Below are positions 36,301 to 46,040 of a stretch of 48,053 bases of DNA, piece after piece (within the stretch, counting starts at the first letter, position 1; every line of letters starts with the position of its first letter). Source of the DNA: a virus (Duplodnaviria > Caudoviricetes); the IMG/VR virus record IMGVR_UViG_3300017766_002093, positions 1 to 48,053 of that record. The stretch is one strand, 5' to 3'. The translations under genes and the position numbers were made by a program. Under the pieces are notes generated by a model. It had not been told where the DNA came from and searched no databases. It saw nothing but the letters and a program-made list of their open reading frames with translations.

Positions 36301-39300
36301 CGAACGCGACGCAACAGAGCGAGGCGCAGAACCAAGCTGCTAACGCGGCGCTACGTGCGGAATTGGACGCTAAGGGTCTTAAGTACGTAGAAGTCAAGGG
36401 TATGTACCCTGGGGACCTGAAAGAGTCGAACTCGTTTTTGGTGTTTGGTATCGACTCCGATGCGGCGGTCGACATCGGGCAGAGATACGGACAGGAGGCG
36501 GTACTAACGCCTCGGGGTTTGGAGTTCTCCGACGGACGACTATTGGCTCCTGTACTGCCGTCTGAGCTAGTCGAGGACGTAGCCAATGCGCCACGAGGTT
36601 ATACTAAGATACCCGGCGATGCCGCTTTTACAGTAACGGACTTCCGTGAGCCTCCGCGCCCAGCCGCGCCGAGTCAACCCGGCAGTATTAGTCTCGTGGG
36701 CGTACACTATTCGAGAGAGTCGCGCGCGATATTGGAAGGCGATCGCTACGGAACCGGTAGGCCGGGTGCGGAGCGCGAACGGGTTTTGTTTGGTTCGGAT
36801 AATCAAAAGCTAAAGACTCGGATAGATTTCTACGTCGACATTGGCAACGGGGTAAAACCCGAGGAGGGCGTCGGCGACACCAGGCACGACGTTGTGCTGC
36901 ACAATCTGTATGATGCTAGTAAGAACGAGCGCGGCTTCAAGGCGGACAGCAATCGCTTTGACGGCATGAACCGTTTTGAGAACCAAGTAATCGAAGCGGG
37001 TTACGATGGGTACTACGTGGAACAAGGCGGCCAGGGTCGGGTGGTGCTGCTGGGTGACGCGGCTAAGAGCGTTCGAGTACCGAGTCGGAACGAGATCGAT
37101 AGCCTAGCCGCTCGCGCTAAGCGCCAGGCGGAGGGTTATAACCAATCAGAGCTATACTCGGCACTCGCTCGCAATATCGAGGGTCTGCGAAAACTCGCCA
37201 ACAAGAAAGGCTTAATTAAAATCGAGCAGGCTAAAACCTGGATCAATTCCCGAGTCGCAGAAGGCAAGTTCAAGAAAGAAGAGGTAGAGGCGGTAGGGCT
37301 CTTGGACTATCTGAACGGCATACTAGAGGATGCCGCCAGTGGTAAACGGGACAAAATAGACCCCTCAGAGCGCGAATCCGTGTCCGTTGAAGCGGTGTTG
37401 GAATACGTTAGGGAGAACGGCGTACAGGTAGAGATCATCTCGTCCGATGAAGGACAGGCAACGAGGTATTACTTCTACGACCGCAACGGTGATCGGCAGG
37501 AGTACGACGATTACAGTAGGGCAGAACGCGAACGGGATTACGCTTACGACCAAGAGATAAGAGACCTGTACGACGAGCTCATTGACGTTAACTACGTAGA
37601 CAGGCCCTACCACCACGGTGGGAGGCTCCTGTATCTGGTTCTAGATAACGATCGTGCTGTTACTTACGAGTTGGGCGAGGAAGAAGAGGACGGGAGTAGA
37701 GTATGGTACGCCGAGGATGAGTATGGTAGTAACTTAGTACGCGACGGGCGAGTTCCCGATGCGATACCTGAAGATGATACCGACGAGTTAATCGAAACGT
37801 TGCAGGACTTTGTTAACGGGCACATAGATGACATCCAACAAGAGGCTGATATACAAACAACTGATGTTGAAGAGGAGGAGGCTTCCGGCGATACAGAGTT
37901 CGGGCGATACACCTTAAAGGGTTCTCGGGACGAATACGTAGAGTTAGCGATAACCCTACCGACCAGTAGGTTCGGTTCGTTTGAGTACAGTACCCATGAT
38001 TTTAGCAATCCCGACGCGAACAACAACCGCATAGCTTTTGCGAGATATACTATCCGAACTTTTAGGGTCTCCAACGACGAAGAACGTGACAGGTTACGCG
38101 CGGAGCTTGACTCCGTTCCCCTCGATGACACAAAGGTGCCGTTGCAAGAGGCCGTGCATAAAGTCCTAGATAATCTAGCGCAGGAACGTTTTAGTCGAGA
38201 TGCGAACGAGCACGAGATGGAAACGGTTTTAGGATTGCTCAGTTGGAAAGTCCAAGGGGAGAAGTCCGACGCCTTCGGGTACTCCTCCGAGACTTGGCGG
38301 ATTATCGAGAACGCGCCCGAGTATCCAGAACTGTTGGCGCTCACTAAAAAACACCTCGAAACCATTGAAAAACGAACGGAATTAAAGTCGGCGCTGAGAT
38401 CCCTCATAGATAATGGCGCCTATAAAAGAGTCCTAGTGATCGAGGAGCTCCAGAGCGATTGGGCGCAACAAGGCCGCGACATCGGCTTTGCATACGAGAT
38501 GGGTAAAGAGGATGACGCCCGTATGAAAGCGCTGGAAGCTGAACTGACCCAGCTAGAAAAAGCCAAGCATAAGGAGTTGTTAGAGACAAACCCAGACCAG
38601 CAGGTGATAGCTGAATTAGCTCGCAAGATGGCGGTGATTCCTCAAAAGATGAGCTACCTTCGCAAGGGTCTCACAGAGGAAGAGATAGAGGCGGACACCT
38701 TGCTTGAAACCCCAGGTACTAACGCGCGGAATAATCCTCGCTTGAAAGACCTGCACCGCAGGGGGGTCGTCCAATCAGCACTAAACAAGCTACGCACCGA
38801 CATACCTAGAGCGCCGTTTACTGCGAACACTAAATCCTGGCTGGCGTTAGTTACCAAGGCGGTACTACGTCACGCAGTGGAAAAGGGTGTGGATTCTGTC
38901 GTCTGGAATACCGGCGAACAACAGAATGCTCGCTACAGTCTCAGTCGTTTAGCGTCGTCGATTACCCTAGCTAGGGATGCGAACTACCACTACCGGATAG
39001 CTCAACTACTGGACGCGAACGGTAGTGAGGTTTCCATTCCCTACCCAATCCAAGGGAAATTAACACTCGCAGAGGTGAAGAAGGCCATAGGCGCAGAACT
39101 TACGGATAAAGCCGTCGAGGCTCTGAACGCGGCGGAGGACGCGCTGCCGCTAGGCTCTATGGGCCCCATTCAGCACACTCTCGACTCAGAGGGTTTAGAG
39201 GTGAGTGGCAAAGGCATGAGAGCTTTTTACGATGCGAACGGCATCTTAGAACAGGTCATGCGGGATGTTGCTAAACTTGGCCGATCCGATATAAAGGGAT

Positions 39301-42300
39301 TCGATTTCACCGGCGTGAATGAGGTGGACGCAGAGCGTGAGCTAGCGGTGCAACAGGGTTTCGACGTCACCGAGGGTTTATCCGAGCGGGTCAACGCCGG
39401 AATGCCTCTATTTCAGAGAGCTCGGGCGGGATTCAATCCGGATACACTAACGATCTCCCTGTCGCAGGGAGCCGATTTGTCCTCTGTTATACACGAAGCC
39501 GGGCACTTTTATCTGGAGGCGTTGGCCGCGATGGCGAAGCACCCCAACGCACCACAACAAATCCGGGACGACTTTCGTAAAACGCTGGAGTGGTTCGGTA
39601 TAACGGGTACAGAAGAGGGTATCCCCGGCGGGGACCTGGAGCAGAAGGCTTTTCACGGATCGCCGCATGAGTTCGATATGTTTTCTACGAGCAAAATAGG
39701 TAGCGGAGAAGGGGCGCAGGCGTTCGGGTATGGGCTATATTTTGCGTCGAGTAAAGCCGTAGCCGAGTATTACCGAGATAACGTCAAGGATCTGAAAAGG
39801 GTAAAAGAGATCAACACTGAGTTGAGCTCTTTAGCGGAGGTAATGGCTCGTTACGAAATCCGGTATCGAAAATACTCAAGCCCGGAGGGGTATGCTGCTG
39901 CCGAAAAGTATGACGCCCTAATAGCGGAAAGGGGCGACCTGATAGCGAAAAGGGGTCGGGTTTACGAAGTGGAACTAAAACCGCAAGAGGATGAATATCT
40001 GCTTTGGGATACGCCGATCAGTGAGCAGAGCGAGAAGGTTCGGGCCGCGCTCTTGTCAGCTTACGATGTAGAGGGTATTAAACTAGCAGAGGATCTCGGT
40101 TATACCGGGGCGCAGTTCTATAAAAACTTCGATCCCGAATCGTCCGAGAAAGACATGTCCGCGCGCTTACACGCCCTCGGTATTCGAGGCATTAAATACC
40201 GCGACGGAATGGGCCGGAACAAGGGTGGGGACTCTTACAACTACGTTATCTTCAGCGATAACGATGTAGAGATTCAGTCATACTACCAGGGCGGAGAGCA
40301 AACACCATCCGGAGGAGCGATACCTACTGGCACTACTCCGGAGGAAATCTGGGATCGGATGACCATAAACCAAAAGCGTCAATACCATGAGCAATGGGCG
40401 CAGTCTTTTGAGCGGTATGCGCTAGAGGGCAAAGCTCCTTCCGTGGAGATGCAATCGGTATTCGCTAGATTCCGAGACTGGATGCTGCGGGTATATTCCG
40501 GTGTTAAAGAATTTCTACGGCAGAACCCTTTGGCCGGTAAGCTGAACGATGACATCCGCGCGGTATTTGATAGGTTGTTGACCTCAGAGGATCGTATCAA
40601 AGAGGCGGAACAAATACGATCCTACCAGGCACTATTCTCATCGGCGGAGGAGGCCGGGGTGTCTCCCGCTGTTTTCAGGGATTATTTGGAATTAGGTGAG
40701 CGAGCTACTGAGGAGGCTATTTCGTTGCTGAGCGCTCGTAGCGTGCGCGATTTGAAGTGGCTTAGTAACGCCAAAGGAAAAGCTCTCAAAACGCTGCAGA
40801 ACACCGTACGCGCTGTTCGTAAAAAACTACGCAGAGAGGCTACCGCCGAAGTGCGAAACGAAACGGTGTACGCCGCAATACGATTCTTGAAACAAGGGCA
40901 GCTAGTAGACGACCAGGGTGAGCTAACGAAAGCCGAGAGAACATTTAAACTAAACGAGCGAGAGCTCGTGGAATTAGGAGTAGACCCCTCTAGGTTCAAA
41001 GGGATGACTTCTGCCACGGGGTTGCCACTAGATCAGGCTGCAACACTATTGGGGTACCCGTCTGGGGGAGCCCTCGCGCAAGCGATCGCCGCTGCGGAAC
41101 CAGAGTTCGACAGGATCTCGGCGCTAGTCGATCAGCGAATGCTAGAGCAACACGGCGATCTAACTACGCCGGAGGCTATGGAACGCGCGGTGGAGCTAGC
41201 GATACATAACGATGTTCGGGCTCGTTTCCTAGCGACGGGTTTGAAACTGTTGACGGAAGGCAAGTCCCGCGCTACTGCAGCACAGATCAACAAAGCTGCG
41301 AAACTCGCGGCGGATTCTGTCATCAACGATAAACGAATACGGGACATAAAACCGCACGCCTACACGCAAGCCGAGGGTAAGGCCAGTCGGCAGGCGCTAG
41401 CGCGTTTGCCGAGGGATCCGCAGGGCGCGATCGAGGCGCAACGCGCGGCACTACTTAACAATCGTTTAGCTAAAGCGGCGGCGGACGCAGTTGAGGAGGT
41501 GGAGCAAACAGTTCGATACCTCAGTAAGTTCAGTAATAATGGTACGCGCGACAACATAGACCCAGATCAACTGGAGCAGATCGACGATCTGTTAGAGCTC
41601 ACCGACCTGCGTAAGGGTGTGACTAACCGCGCGTTAGACAAACGGCGATCTCTCGCAGAGTGGGTAGAGGAGCAGGAACTCGCAGGCATAAACCCTGCGA
41701 TAGACTCAGCACTGCTAGAGGATATAAAGCGCAAGCATTTCAAGGACATGACGCTTAGTGAGCTAAGGAGTCTGTCAGACACTATTAAACAAATCGACCA
41801 TATCGGGCGGCTCAAGAAAAAATTATTATCGGCTCGGGAAAAGGCGGAGTTCAACGCGCTAATGGCCCTCGCTCGCGAATCAATAGAGAAAAACGCGAAC
41901 CGGGTTGTAGTTGAGCAGGAGTCTCGTACGGACGTAGTGGGCACCCTGGGCGCTTGGGGTCGATTCATGCTAGCCGCACACCGGAAATTCAGTTCAATTA
42001 TACGGGAGATGGACGGTGGCAAAGACGGCGGAATCATGTGGCGCATACTCTCGCGGGGGATGAATGAGGCCGGTGACAAGGAAGTTGAAATGCGGCAACA
42101 GGCTGCAGAGGCTTTAGCTAAACTGTTCGATGCGCTACCGGCGCAGGATCACGTACCTGGTAATCTTTACGCCAAGAAGAAAATAGTACCCGGTACGAAT
42201 ATCAGCATGACGCACGAACAGCGCATTATGTTCGCACTGAACTACGGTAACGAAGGCAACCGGCAGCGGTTGCTAGATGGGGGACTATCCGGCCATAAAG

Positions 42301-43931
42301 CGTTATCTATCGTAGATGCGGAGGCGATCCTAGACACACTCACCAAAGCGGATTGGGACTTCGTTCAAGGGGTGTTGGATTTCGTAAACGGCTATTGGGA
42401 GCAGATCGTAGCCCTGGAGGAGAATGTCACTGGGCTGAGTCCTAAAAAAGTCGAGGCGGTACCGATAGTAACCAAATTCGGAACCTACCGAGGGGGTTAT
42501 TTCCCGGCGACTTATGACACTCAACTGTCTACTCGCAGCGAATCGTTAGAAGCTGTTACGGATCTACGGTCCGGGATGCTAGGCGCGTTTGGCCGATCGT
42601 CGGCTAAGAATGGCTACGCCAAAGCGCGCGCTGACTCTGTGGTAGGTCGGCCTCTCTTGCTGAGTTTCAACGCCATAGCGCAGCACGTTAGCTCGGTCAC
42701 CCATCGACTCGCGTGGGAGCCATGGTTGATCGACGCTAATCGAATACTAAGAGCGCTCGATAGTAGTATCCGCGAATTCTACGGCGCGGACATACTCCGC
42801 GAGATGAGGGACACGGTGGTTGATATCGCGCAGGGAGACCTGCCAGCTAAGAGCCCGATAGAACGCGCGTTGAATCACCTGCGTACGGGCGCGACGATCG
42901 TGGGCATGGGTTGGCGCGTAACGACCGCTCTGTTGCAGCCGTCTGGTTTAGCCCAGTCTTGGGTGCGTATCGGCGGCGGGTGGATATCTAAAGGGTTGGC
43001 TCAATTCATGAAAAACCCGAACACTGCGTCGCGATATGTTAACGAGAGATCCAGCCTAATGCGGCGGCGCGACGCTACCATGAACCGGGAGGTCAACGAC
43101 GTACTCAATACTGTGCGTGCCGGTGAGAAAATCTCCATTGTAAAAGCGTCGTTCTTTACGATGATTACTAAAATGCAGCGCGGCGTGGACATACCTACCT
43201 GGCTCGGCGCGTATGAGAAAGCCCTCTACGAGGCAAAGTATGAGCAGGCGGCGGACGAAGCAGCGCGTAAGGAGATCGAGGAGACCGCTGCGGCGATGGC
43301 CGACCAGGCGGTACTCGACTCGCAATCCGGTGGTCAGATCAAAGATCTGGCCAAAGTACAACGCGGACACCCGGCGCTAAAACTATTTACTAATTTCTAT
43401 TCATACTTTAGCGCAACATATAATCTAAATGTTGAAGCTGTACGACGCACAGATTTCAAATCGCCAGCTCAAGTTGGCCTGCTTGCCGGGGATCTATTGC
43501 TGCTGAATTTTGTGCCGGTTGTGTTCAGTTTGGCGCTTAAAAACATGCTGAAAGGGGAGTGCGATTGGGATGATACGGCTTGCCTGGCGGAGAACTTAGG
43601 GCGTGAGCAGGCCAGCTACCTATTCGGGCAGATGGTGCTCCTACGTGAGGTAGGCGCAACTGTGGAGGCAATGACAGGTGGTGCGCAGTATGGTTACTCA
43701 GGCCCCGCCGGTTTACGTTTCTTATCAGACACTTATAAGCTGGGCGTACAACTGAACCAAGGGGAGGCGGATTTGGGACTGTTCAAAGCTGCAAACTCAG
43801 TAGGCGGAGCCATACTCCACTATCCCGCCGGGCAGATTAATGCTACAATCGACGGCATAATAGCAATCGAAAATGGCGACGTAGAAGGTGTGCGCATACT
43901 GCCCGCCTTAATCGCAGGAGCTCCTAAATGA
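33318..43931 (+). CDS. Giant internal virion/ejection protein; large polyvalent protein (CmoA-like MTase, DUF3293-like, two ART-like, zincin)
   Basis: 3537 aa in the gp16 position; G/A-rich hydrophobic N-terminus; LDVGASEG, WGIVTAENP, VHYS..GYDGY, IEELQSDW, HEAGH, FHGSPHEF..GEGAQAFGYGLYFA. Confidence 0.88.
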   Translation: MTEEIFDLIRKQKPSLLTPEVPTAFAPSPIPKPRVKPLGGNAFAQDELALARDRSAYSDPKQAARNRGLSASLGVNPILLPPDAEAQAFVKKRSEMDKLIENNPGLARFLLKQKNNAEVVGRDYEPMERTEILLKRLFTDPMVSALKGVVSFNEALVGLLDTRLGGRVGKGLEDAGFKFKATQKILDQAYSEPTQRLIKEIGETEGFLETVEALVTRPSAAANMLLQSGGPMLGAGGIAQGLLKVAPALSPLVAGALGESLVITGGISEKVRQESPDGLTDARQALLAQAGGAAGFAFNLLGGKIAAKLGVTDVDTWMASGAAKKVMDEAKVPPSLVAKILGGAAVEGAVQEMPQSAAEVIAENIALGKPWNRGVEEAMATGLVLGSVMGAGVQALPTRNTTVDKALDTSALKKFKELSQAAHAQETRKILGDLAKETASNPVRERSPEAFAEFIDEVTEDSVVKELYVDAKALDETLSQSELEAMPEVAKDISVALQAGGGDVRIPMSLYATHISGKPIEAALIDNVRATPDGMTFSESENFLQSLQTNLEDEARRLVIENDPVLSEADFKQQNPEGSYPDYLKAHANKAEVFANDLRTVHDTLVKSIESTGRFDRTVAELYATPLREFFANNAAKLGMMPSELYELLPVNFASTHVEGYKQDEDPSKLNTNRPGGDTAAFFAKMTLGLDGVPGAAYEPVIPLRAEHREFLREYEKHRGNFDNHIRASIPGFGEVQVLTGRAIVSTYTNGAAVLDVGASEGSWAKTITALSNSSIETDALEPLSTMKNFFVDKSTVPGARQLMMPWGGNGWPEEGTGVVIPPFRLDRQYDVVHESMTFQFINNDRTAHVALVKQALKPDGVFLTEEKFSSDGTAEYKAREAQKDQYKARYFTAAAMTQKAEQVVVGMHGNMVPQNEYEKTLAANFKYVVQYWSSTNFGGYAASDDLEALTRLVDNIGNTTTEFSADATLEDFAADRIRGIFSKKNWGIVTAENPNATQQSEAQNQAANAALRAELDAKGLKYVEVKGMYPGDLKESNSFLVFGIDSDAAVDIGQRYGQEAVLTPRGLEFSDGRLLAPVLPSELVEDVANAPRGYTKIPGDAAFTVTDFREPPRPAAPSQPGSISLVGVHYSRESRAILEGDRYGTGRPGAERERVLFGSDNQKLKTRIDFYVDIGNGVKPEEGVGDTRHDVVLHNLYDASKNERGFKADSNRFDGMNRFENQVIEAGYDGYYVEQGGQGRVVLLGDAAKSVRVPSRNEIDSLAARAKRQAEGYNQSELYSALARNIEGLRKLANKKGLIKIEQAKTWINSRVAEGKFKKEEVEAVGLLDYLNGILEDAASGKRDKIDPSERESVSVEAVLEYVRENGVQVEIISSDEGQATRYYFYDRNGDRQEYDDYSRAERERDYAYDQEIRDLYDELIDVNYVDRPYHHGGRLLYLVLDNDRAVTYELGEEEEDGSRVWYAEDEYGSNLVRDGRVPDAIPEDDTDELIETLQDFVNGHIDDIQQEADIQTTDVEEEEASGDTEFGRYTLKGSRDEYVELAITLPTSRFGSFEYSTHDFSNPDANNNRIAFARYTIRTFRVSNDEERDRLRAELDSVPLDDTKVPLQEAVHKVLDNLAQERFSRDANEHEMETVLGLLSWKVQGEKSDAFGYSSETWRIIENAPEYPELLALTKKHLETIEKRTELKSALRSLIDNGAYKRVLVIEELQSDWAQQGRDIGFAYEMGKEDDARMKALEAELTQLEKAKHKELLETNPDQQVIAELARKMAVIPQKMSYLRKGLTEEEIEADTLLETPGTNARNNPRLKDLHRRGVVQSALNKLRTDIPRAPFTANTKSWLALVTKAVLRHAVEKGVDSVVWNTGEQQNARYSLSRLASSITLARDANYHYRIAQLLDANGSEVSIPYPIQGKLTLAEVKKAIGAELTDKAVEALNAAEDALPLGSMGPIQHTLDSEGLEVSGKGMRAFYDANGILEQVMRDVAKLGRSDIKGFDFTGVNEVDAERELAVQQGFDVTEGLSERVNAGMPLFQRARAGFNPDTLTISLSQGADLSSVIHEAGHFYLEALAAMAKHPNAPQQIRDDFRKTLEWFGITGTEEGIPGGDLEQKAFHGSPHEFDMFSTSKIGSGEGAQAFGYGLYFASSKAVAEYYRDNVKDLKRVKEINTELSSLAEVMARYEIRYRKYSSPEGYAAAEKYDALIAERGDLIAKRGRVYEVELKPQEDEYLLWDTPISEQSEKVRAALLSAYDVEGIKLAEDLGYTGAQFYKNFDPESSEKDMSARLHALGIRGIKYRDGMGRNKGGDSYNYVIFSDNDVEIQSYYQGGEQTPSGGAIPTGTTPEEIWDRMTINQKRQYHEQWAQSFERYALEGKAPSVEMQSVFARFRDWMLRVYSGVKEFLRQNPLAGKLNDDIRAVFDRLLTSEDRIKEAEQIRSYQALFSSAEEAGVSPAVFRDYLELGERATEEAISLLSARSVRDLKWLSNAKGKALKTLQNTVRAVRKKLRREATAEVRNETVYAAIRFLKQGQLVDDQGELTKAERTFKLNERELVELGVDPSRFKGMTSATGLPLDQAATLLGYPSGGALAQAIAAAEPEFDRISALVDQRMLEQHGDLTTPEAMERAVELAIHNDVRARFLATGLKLLTEGKSRATAAQINKAAKLAADSVINDKRIRDIKPHAYTQAEGKASRQALARLPRDPQGAIEAQRAALLNNRLAKAAADAVEEVEQTVRYLSKFSNNGTRDNIDPDQLEQIDDLLELTDLRKGVTNRALDKRRSLAEWVEEQELAGINPAIDSALLEDIKRKHFKDMTLSELRSLSDTIKQIDHIGRLKKKLLSAREKAEFNALMALARESIEKNANRVVVEQESRTDVVGTLGAWGRFMLAAHRKFSSIIREMDGGKDGGIMWRILSRGMNEAGDKEVEMRQQAAEALAKLFDALPAQDHVPGNLYAKKKIVPGTNISMTHEQRIMFALNYGNEGNRQRLLDGGLSGHKALSIVDAEAILDTLTKADWDFVQGVLDFVNGYWEQIVALEENVTGLSPKKVEAVPIVTKFGTYRGGYFPATYDTQLSTRSESLEAVTDLRSGMLGAFGRSSAKNGYAKARADSVVGRPLLLSFNAIAQHVSSVTHRLAWEPWLIDANRILRALDSSIREFYGADILREMRDTVVDIAQGDLPAKSPIERALNHLRTGATIVGMGWRVTTALLQPSGLAQSWVRIGGGWISKGLAQFMKNPNTASRYVNERSSLMRRRDATMNREVNDVLNTVRAGEKISIVKASFFTMITKMQRGVDIPTWLGAYEKALYEAKYEQAADEAARKEIEETAAAMADQAVLDSQSGGQIKDLAKVQRGHPALKLFTNFYSYFSATYNLNVEAVRRTDFKSPAQVGLLAGDLLLLNFVPVVFSLALKNMLKGECDWDDTACLAENLGREQASYLFGQMVLLREVGATVEAMTGGAQYGYSGPAGLRFLSDTYKLGVQLNQGEADLGLFKAANSVGGAILHYPAGQINATIDGIIAIENGDVEGVRILPALIAGAPK

Positions 43932-45289
43932 TCGGATCAAGTACACTACTCGACAGCCGGGCTACAGACAGGTGTGGTACCACGGAAGATCCCCCCTCGT
44001 TTGCCGTCAGCGATCCGATTCCTGTTGACTTAGGCTACGAGCCTCACTGTATAGATTGCGATACACTATCCGCTACGCGCTTCGTTATCGTCGCAGTTGT
44101 CGAAACCAATACTCCCGACAACATCCGGGGCGTGATCGTGGACCTAGACGAAGATATAGTCCTAACAGCCGAGGGTGTAGCTACCGTGCGTACTCCGGCC
44201 ACGATAGAATCCACGGTTGCAACGTATAATTACCAGAATGTATACGTCGTGGCCATGAAGGAAAACCAGTTCGTAGCTATAGGTCTCGATAATGCAACAT
44301 CCTCTCTCTATGGTATTGTTTGTAACGTCGCAGCGAATGGCACCATAACACCCAACACTAAAGTATTTCTAGCTAACACCCTGGTTACATCAACCAGGAA
44401 CGTATCTAAAATGCGCATTTCGGAGACGAGATTCGCGCTTTTCTATTCGTCCGATGCTGTGTCCAGCGCGTCCGTGTACTGGTCTATATTTGAGGTCGTA
44501 ACAGATTCCACCTTAACCGAGATAGATAACGGCACTATCAGAGGCGTGGATTCTACTCACGCCTCCGGCCTAGTAGACGTTACACAGGTGCTCCCGGACG
44601 TGTGGGAAGTGCACCATTTTATGACGTTCTACCGGCCTATCGTCGACACTCTAGGCTACGGAACCACCAGGATTCAGGTGTCCGAGTCTGCCATAACGGT
44701 ATTGAGCAAACTGAATGATGTAACTTTCGAGGATTATGGCCCTAATGAGGCTCATACAATCGTCACCTCGCCGTACTGTGCGGTAGTCTCGACGCCGTTT
44801 TTTCCTGGGGCTCCTAATCCCGCGTTAATTATTGCCGGGCATAGGGTGGCTTCGAGCGCCATACGCCTCACACCGTATGATTGGAGATACACAGAACAGG
44901 CGTTCCGCGTGGGGTTGCAGGAGTATACAGAGGATACTGGATGGGTTTTTGGCGCTTTTGACACCTTCGCTTGCTATGATGGGTCTAATTATTGGGCTAT
45001 GGTTGGGTATTGCACCGCGTATCAAGGGGGTTCGCAGGTGCATAAAGTGGGTTGGTATCTACAACCGATAAACGCTGCGGCGCTCTTAGCCGAAGCGGCT
45101 CTCGACGGGCTGGCCTTGTCTGGATACGTCCATGAAACCTTAGAAACTGCTGCAGTTTCTCTGCGGTTTTCCGATTGGAATTTCGCGGAGATAAACGACC
45201 GGTCGATATATGGGGCCTCCCGCCCAATGGTATACATCAATACTGTCGGCACCAACGAGATAGAATTTGTCATTTCCGCGATTAACTAA
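43928..45289 (+). CDS. Putative tail/receptor-binding protein (beta-propeller-like)
   Basis: Follows the ejection proteins; repeated TRFVIV/NQFVAI/TRFALF blade-like strands. Confidence 0.5.
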   Translation: MIGSSTLLDSRATDRCGTTEDPPSFAVSDPIPVDLGYEPHCIDCDTLSATRFVIVAVVETNTPDNIRGVIVDLDEDIVLTAEGVATVRTPATIESTVATYNYQNVYVVAMKENQFVAIGLDNATSSLYGIVCNVAANGTITPNTKVFLANTLVTSTRNVSKMRISETRFALFYSSDAVSSASVYWSIFEVVTDSTLTEIDNGTIRGVDSTHASGLVDVTQVLPDVWEVHHFMTFYRPIVDTLGYGTTRIQVSESAITVLSKLNDVTFEDYGPNEAHTIVTSPYCAVVSTPFFPGAPNPALIIAGHRVASSAIRLTPYDWRYTEQAFRVGLQEYTEDTGWVFGAFDTFACYDGSNYWAMVGYCTAYQGGSQVHKVGWYLQPINAAALLAEAALDGLALSGYVHETLETAAVSLRFSDWNFAEINDRSIYGASRPMVYINTVGTNEIEFVISAIN

Positions 45290-45309
45290 AAAAAAAAGGG
45301 GAGCAGCGC

Positions 45310-45498
45310 ATGTTTGAAGTAGATCCGACAACGGTTAAGTGGTTAATCGGCCAGGTTTTTGTCGCTGCAGCGATATGGGGTGGGATGCGCGCCGATATAC
45401 GCAACATCCATTCGAGGTTGGATCACATCGAGAGGGCGACGAGTTTCGCGCACTCTCGCTTAGATAACCATTTAGAGCGGAGGCATAACGTAGAATGA
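45310..45498 (+). CDS. Holin/antiholin-like membrane protein
   Basis: One TM segment plus a charged tail; directly before the endolysin. Confidence 0.55.
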   Translation: MFEVDPTTVKWLIGQVFVAAAIWGGMRADIRNIHSRLDHIERATSFAHSRLDNHLERRHNVE

Positions 45499-46040
45499 TG
45501 AGAATGAGCGATAAGGGGTTAGCGTTGCTAACCGGATGGGAGGGTGGCGCGGTTAGTAAACCCTACCCTGACTCAACAGGTGTTCTTACGATCGGGGTAG
45601 GCCACGCTTTAACTCGCGACGAACTCAGTAGCGGACGGATATTCATAGACGGGGTTAAAGTGCCTTACTCCTCCGGGCTTACCAAAGAGCAAATGACGCA
45701 ACTATTCCGGCAGGATGTTGCCTACGTGAGCAGCGTCGTCAATATAGGGTTGGGCGCACCTTTTGAGCCGGATTCAGAGAGCGAACGAGAGGCTTTGATC
45801 GCCTCGGGGTCCTTGAATTACGAGCTAACCCAGGATCAGTTCGACGCGCTGGTTTCTTTCGCGTTTAACGTTGGGGGCTCCGCGTTCTTTAGCTCGACAC
45901 TTCGCAAGCGGCTGGTAGCGGGTAAATTCGACGAGGTGCCGACGCAAATGCGCAGATGGATCAGATCAAAGGGGAATGTGGTGGCCGGGCTTATCAATCG
46001 CAGAGAGCAGGAGATCTTACTTTTTGAGGGTAAACTATGA
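45495..46040 (+). CDS. Endolysin, GH24 lysozyme
   Basis: WEG..PYPDSTGVLTIGVGH (E-D-T triad), QFDALVSFAFNVG, GLINRREQE. Confidence 0.95.
   Translation: MMRMSDKGLALLTGWEGGAVSKPYPDSTGVLTIGVGHALTRDELSSGRIFIDGVKVPYSSGLTKEQMTQLFRQDVAYVSSVVNIGLGAPFEPDSESEREALIASGSLNYELTQDQFDALVSFAFNVGGSAFFSSTLRKRLVAGKFDEVPTQMRRWIRSKGNVVAGLINRREQEILLFEGKL

Noticed and set aside
35297-38407. Long minus-strand ORFs inside the giant gene (and 14764..15552, 13230..13835)
   Set aside because: Ser-rich antisense shadows with no RBS or motifs, opposite well-supported genes
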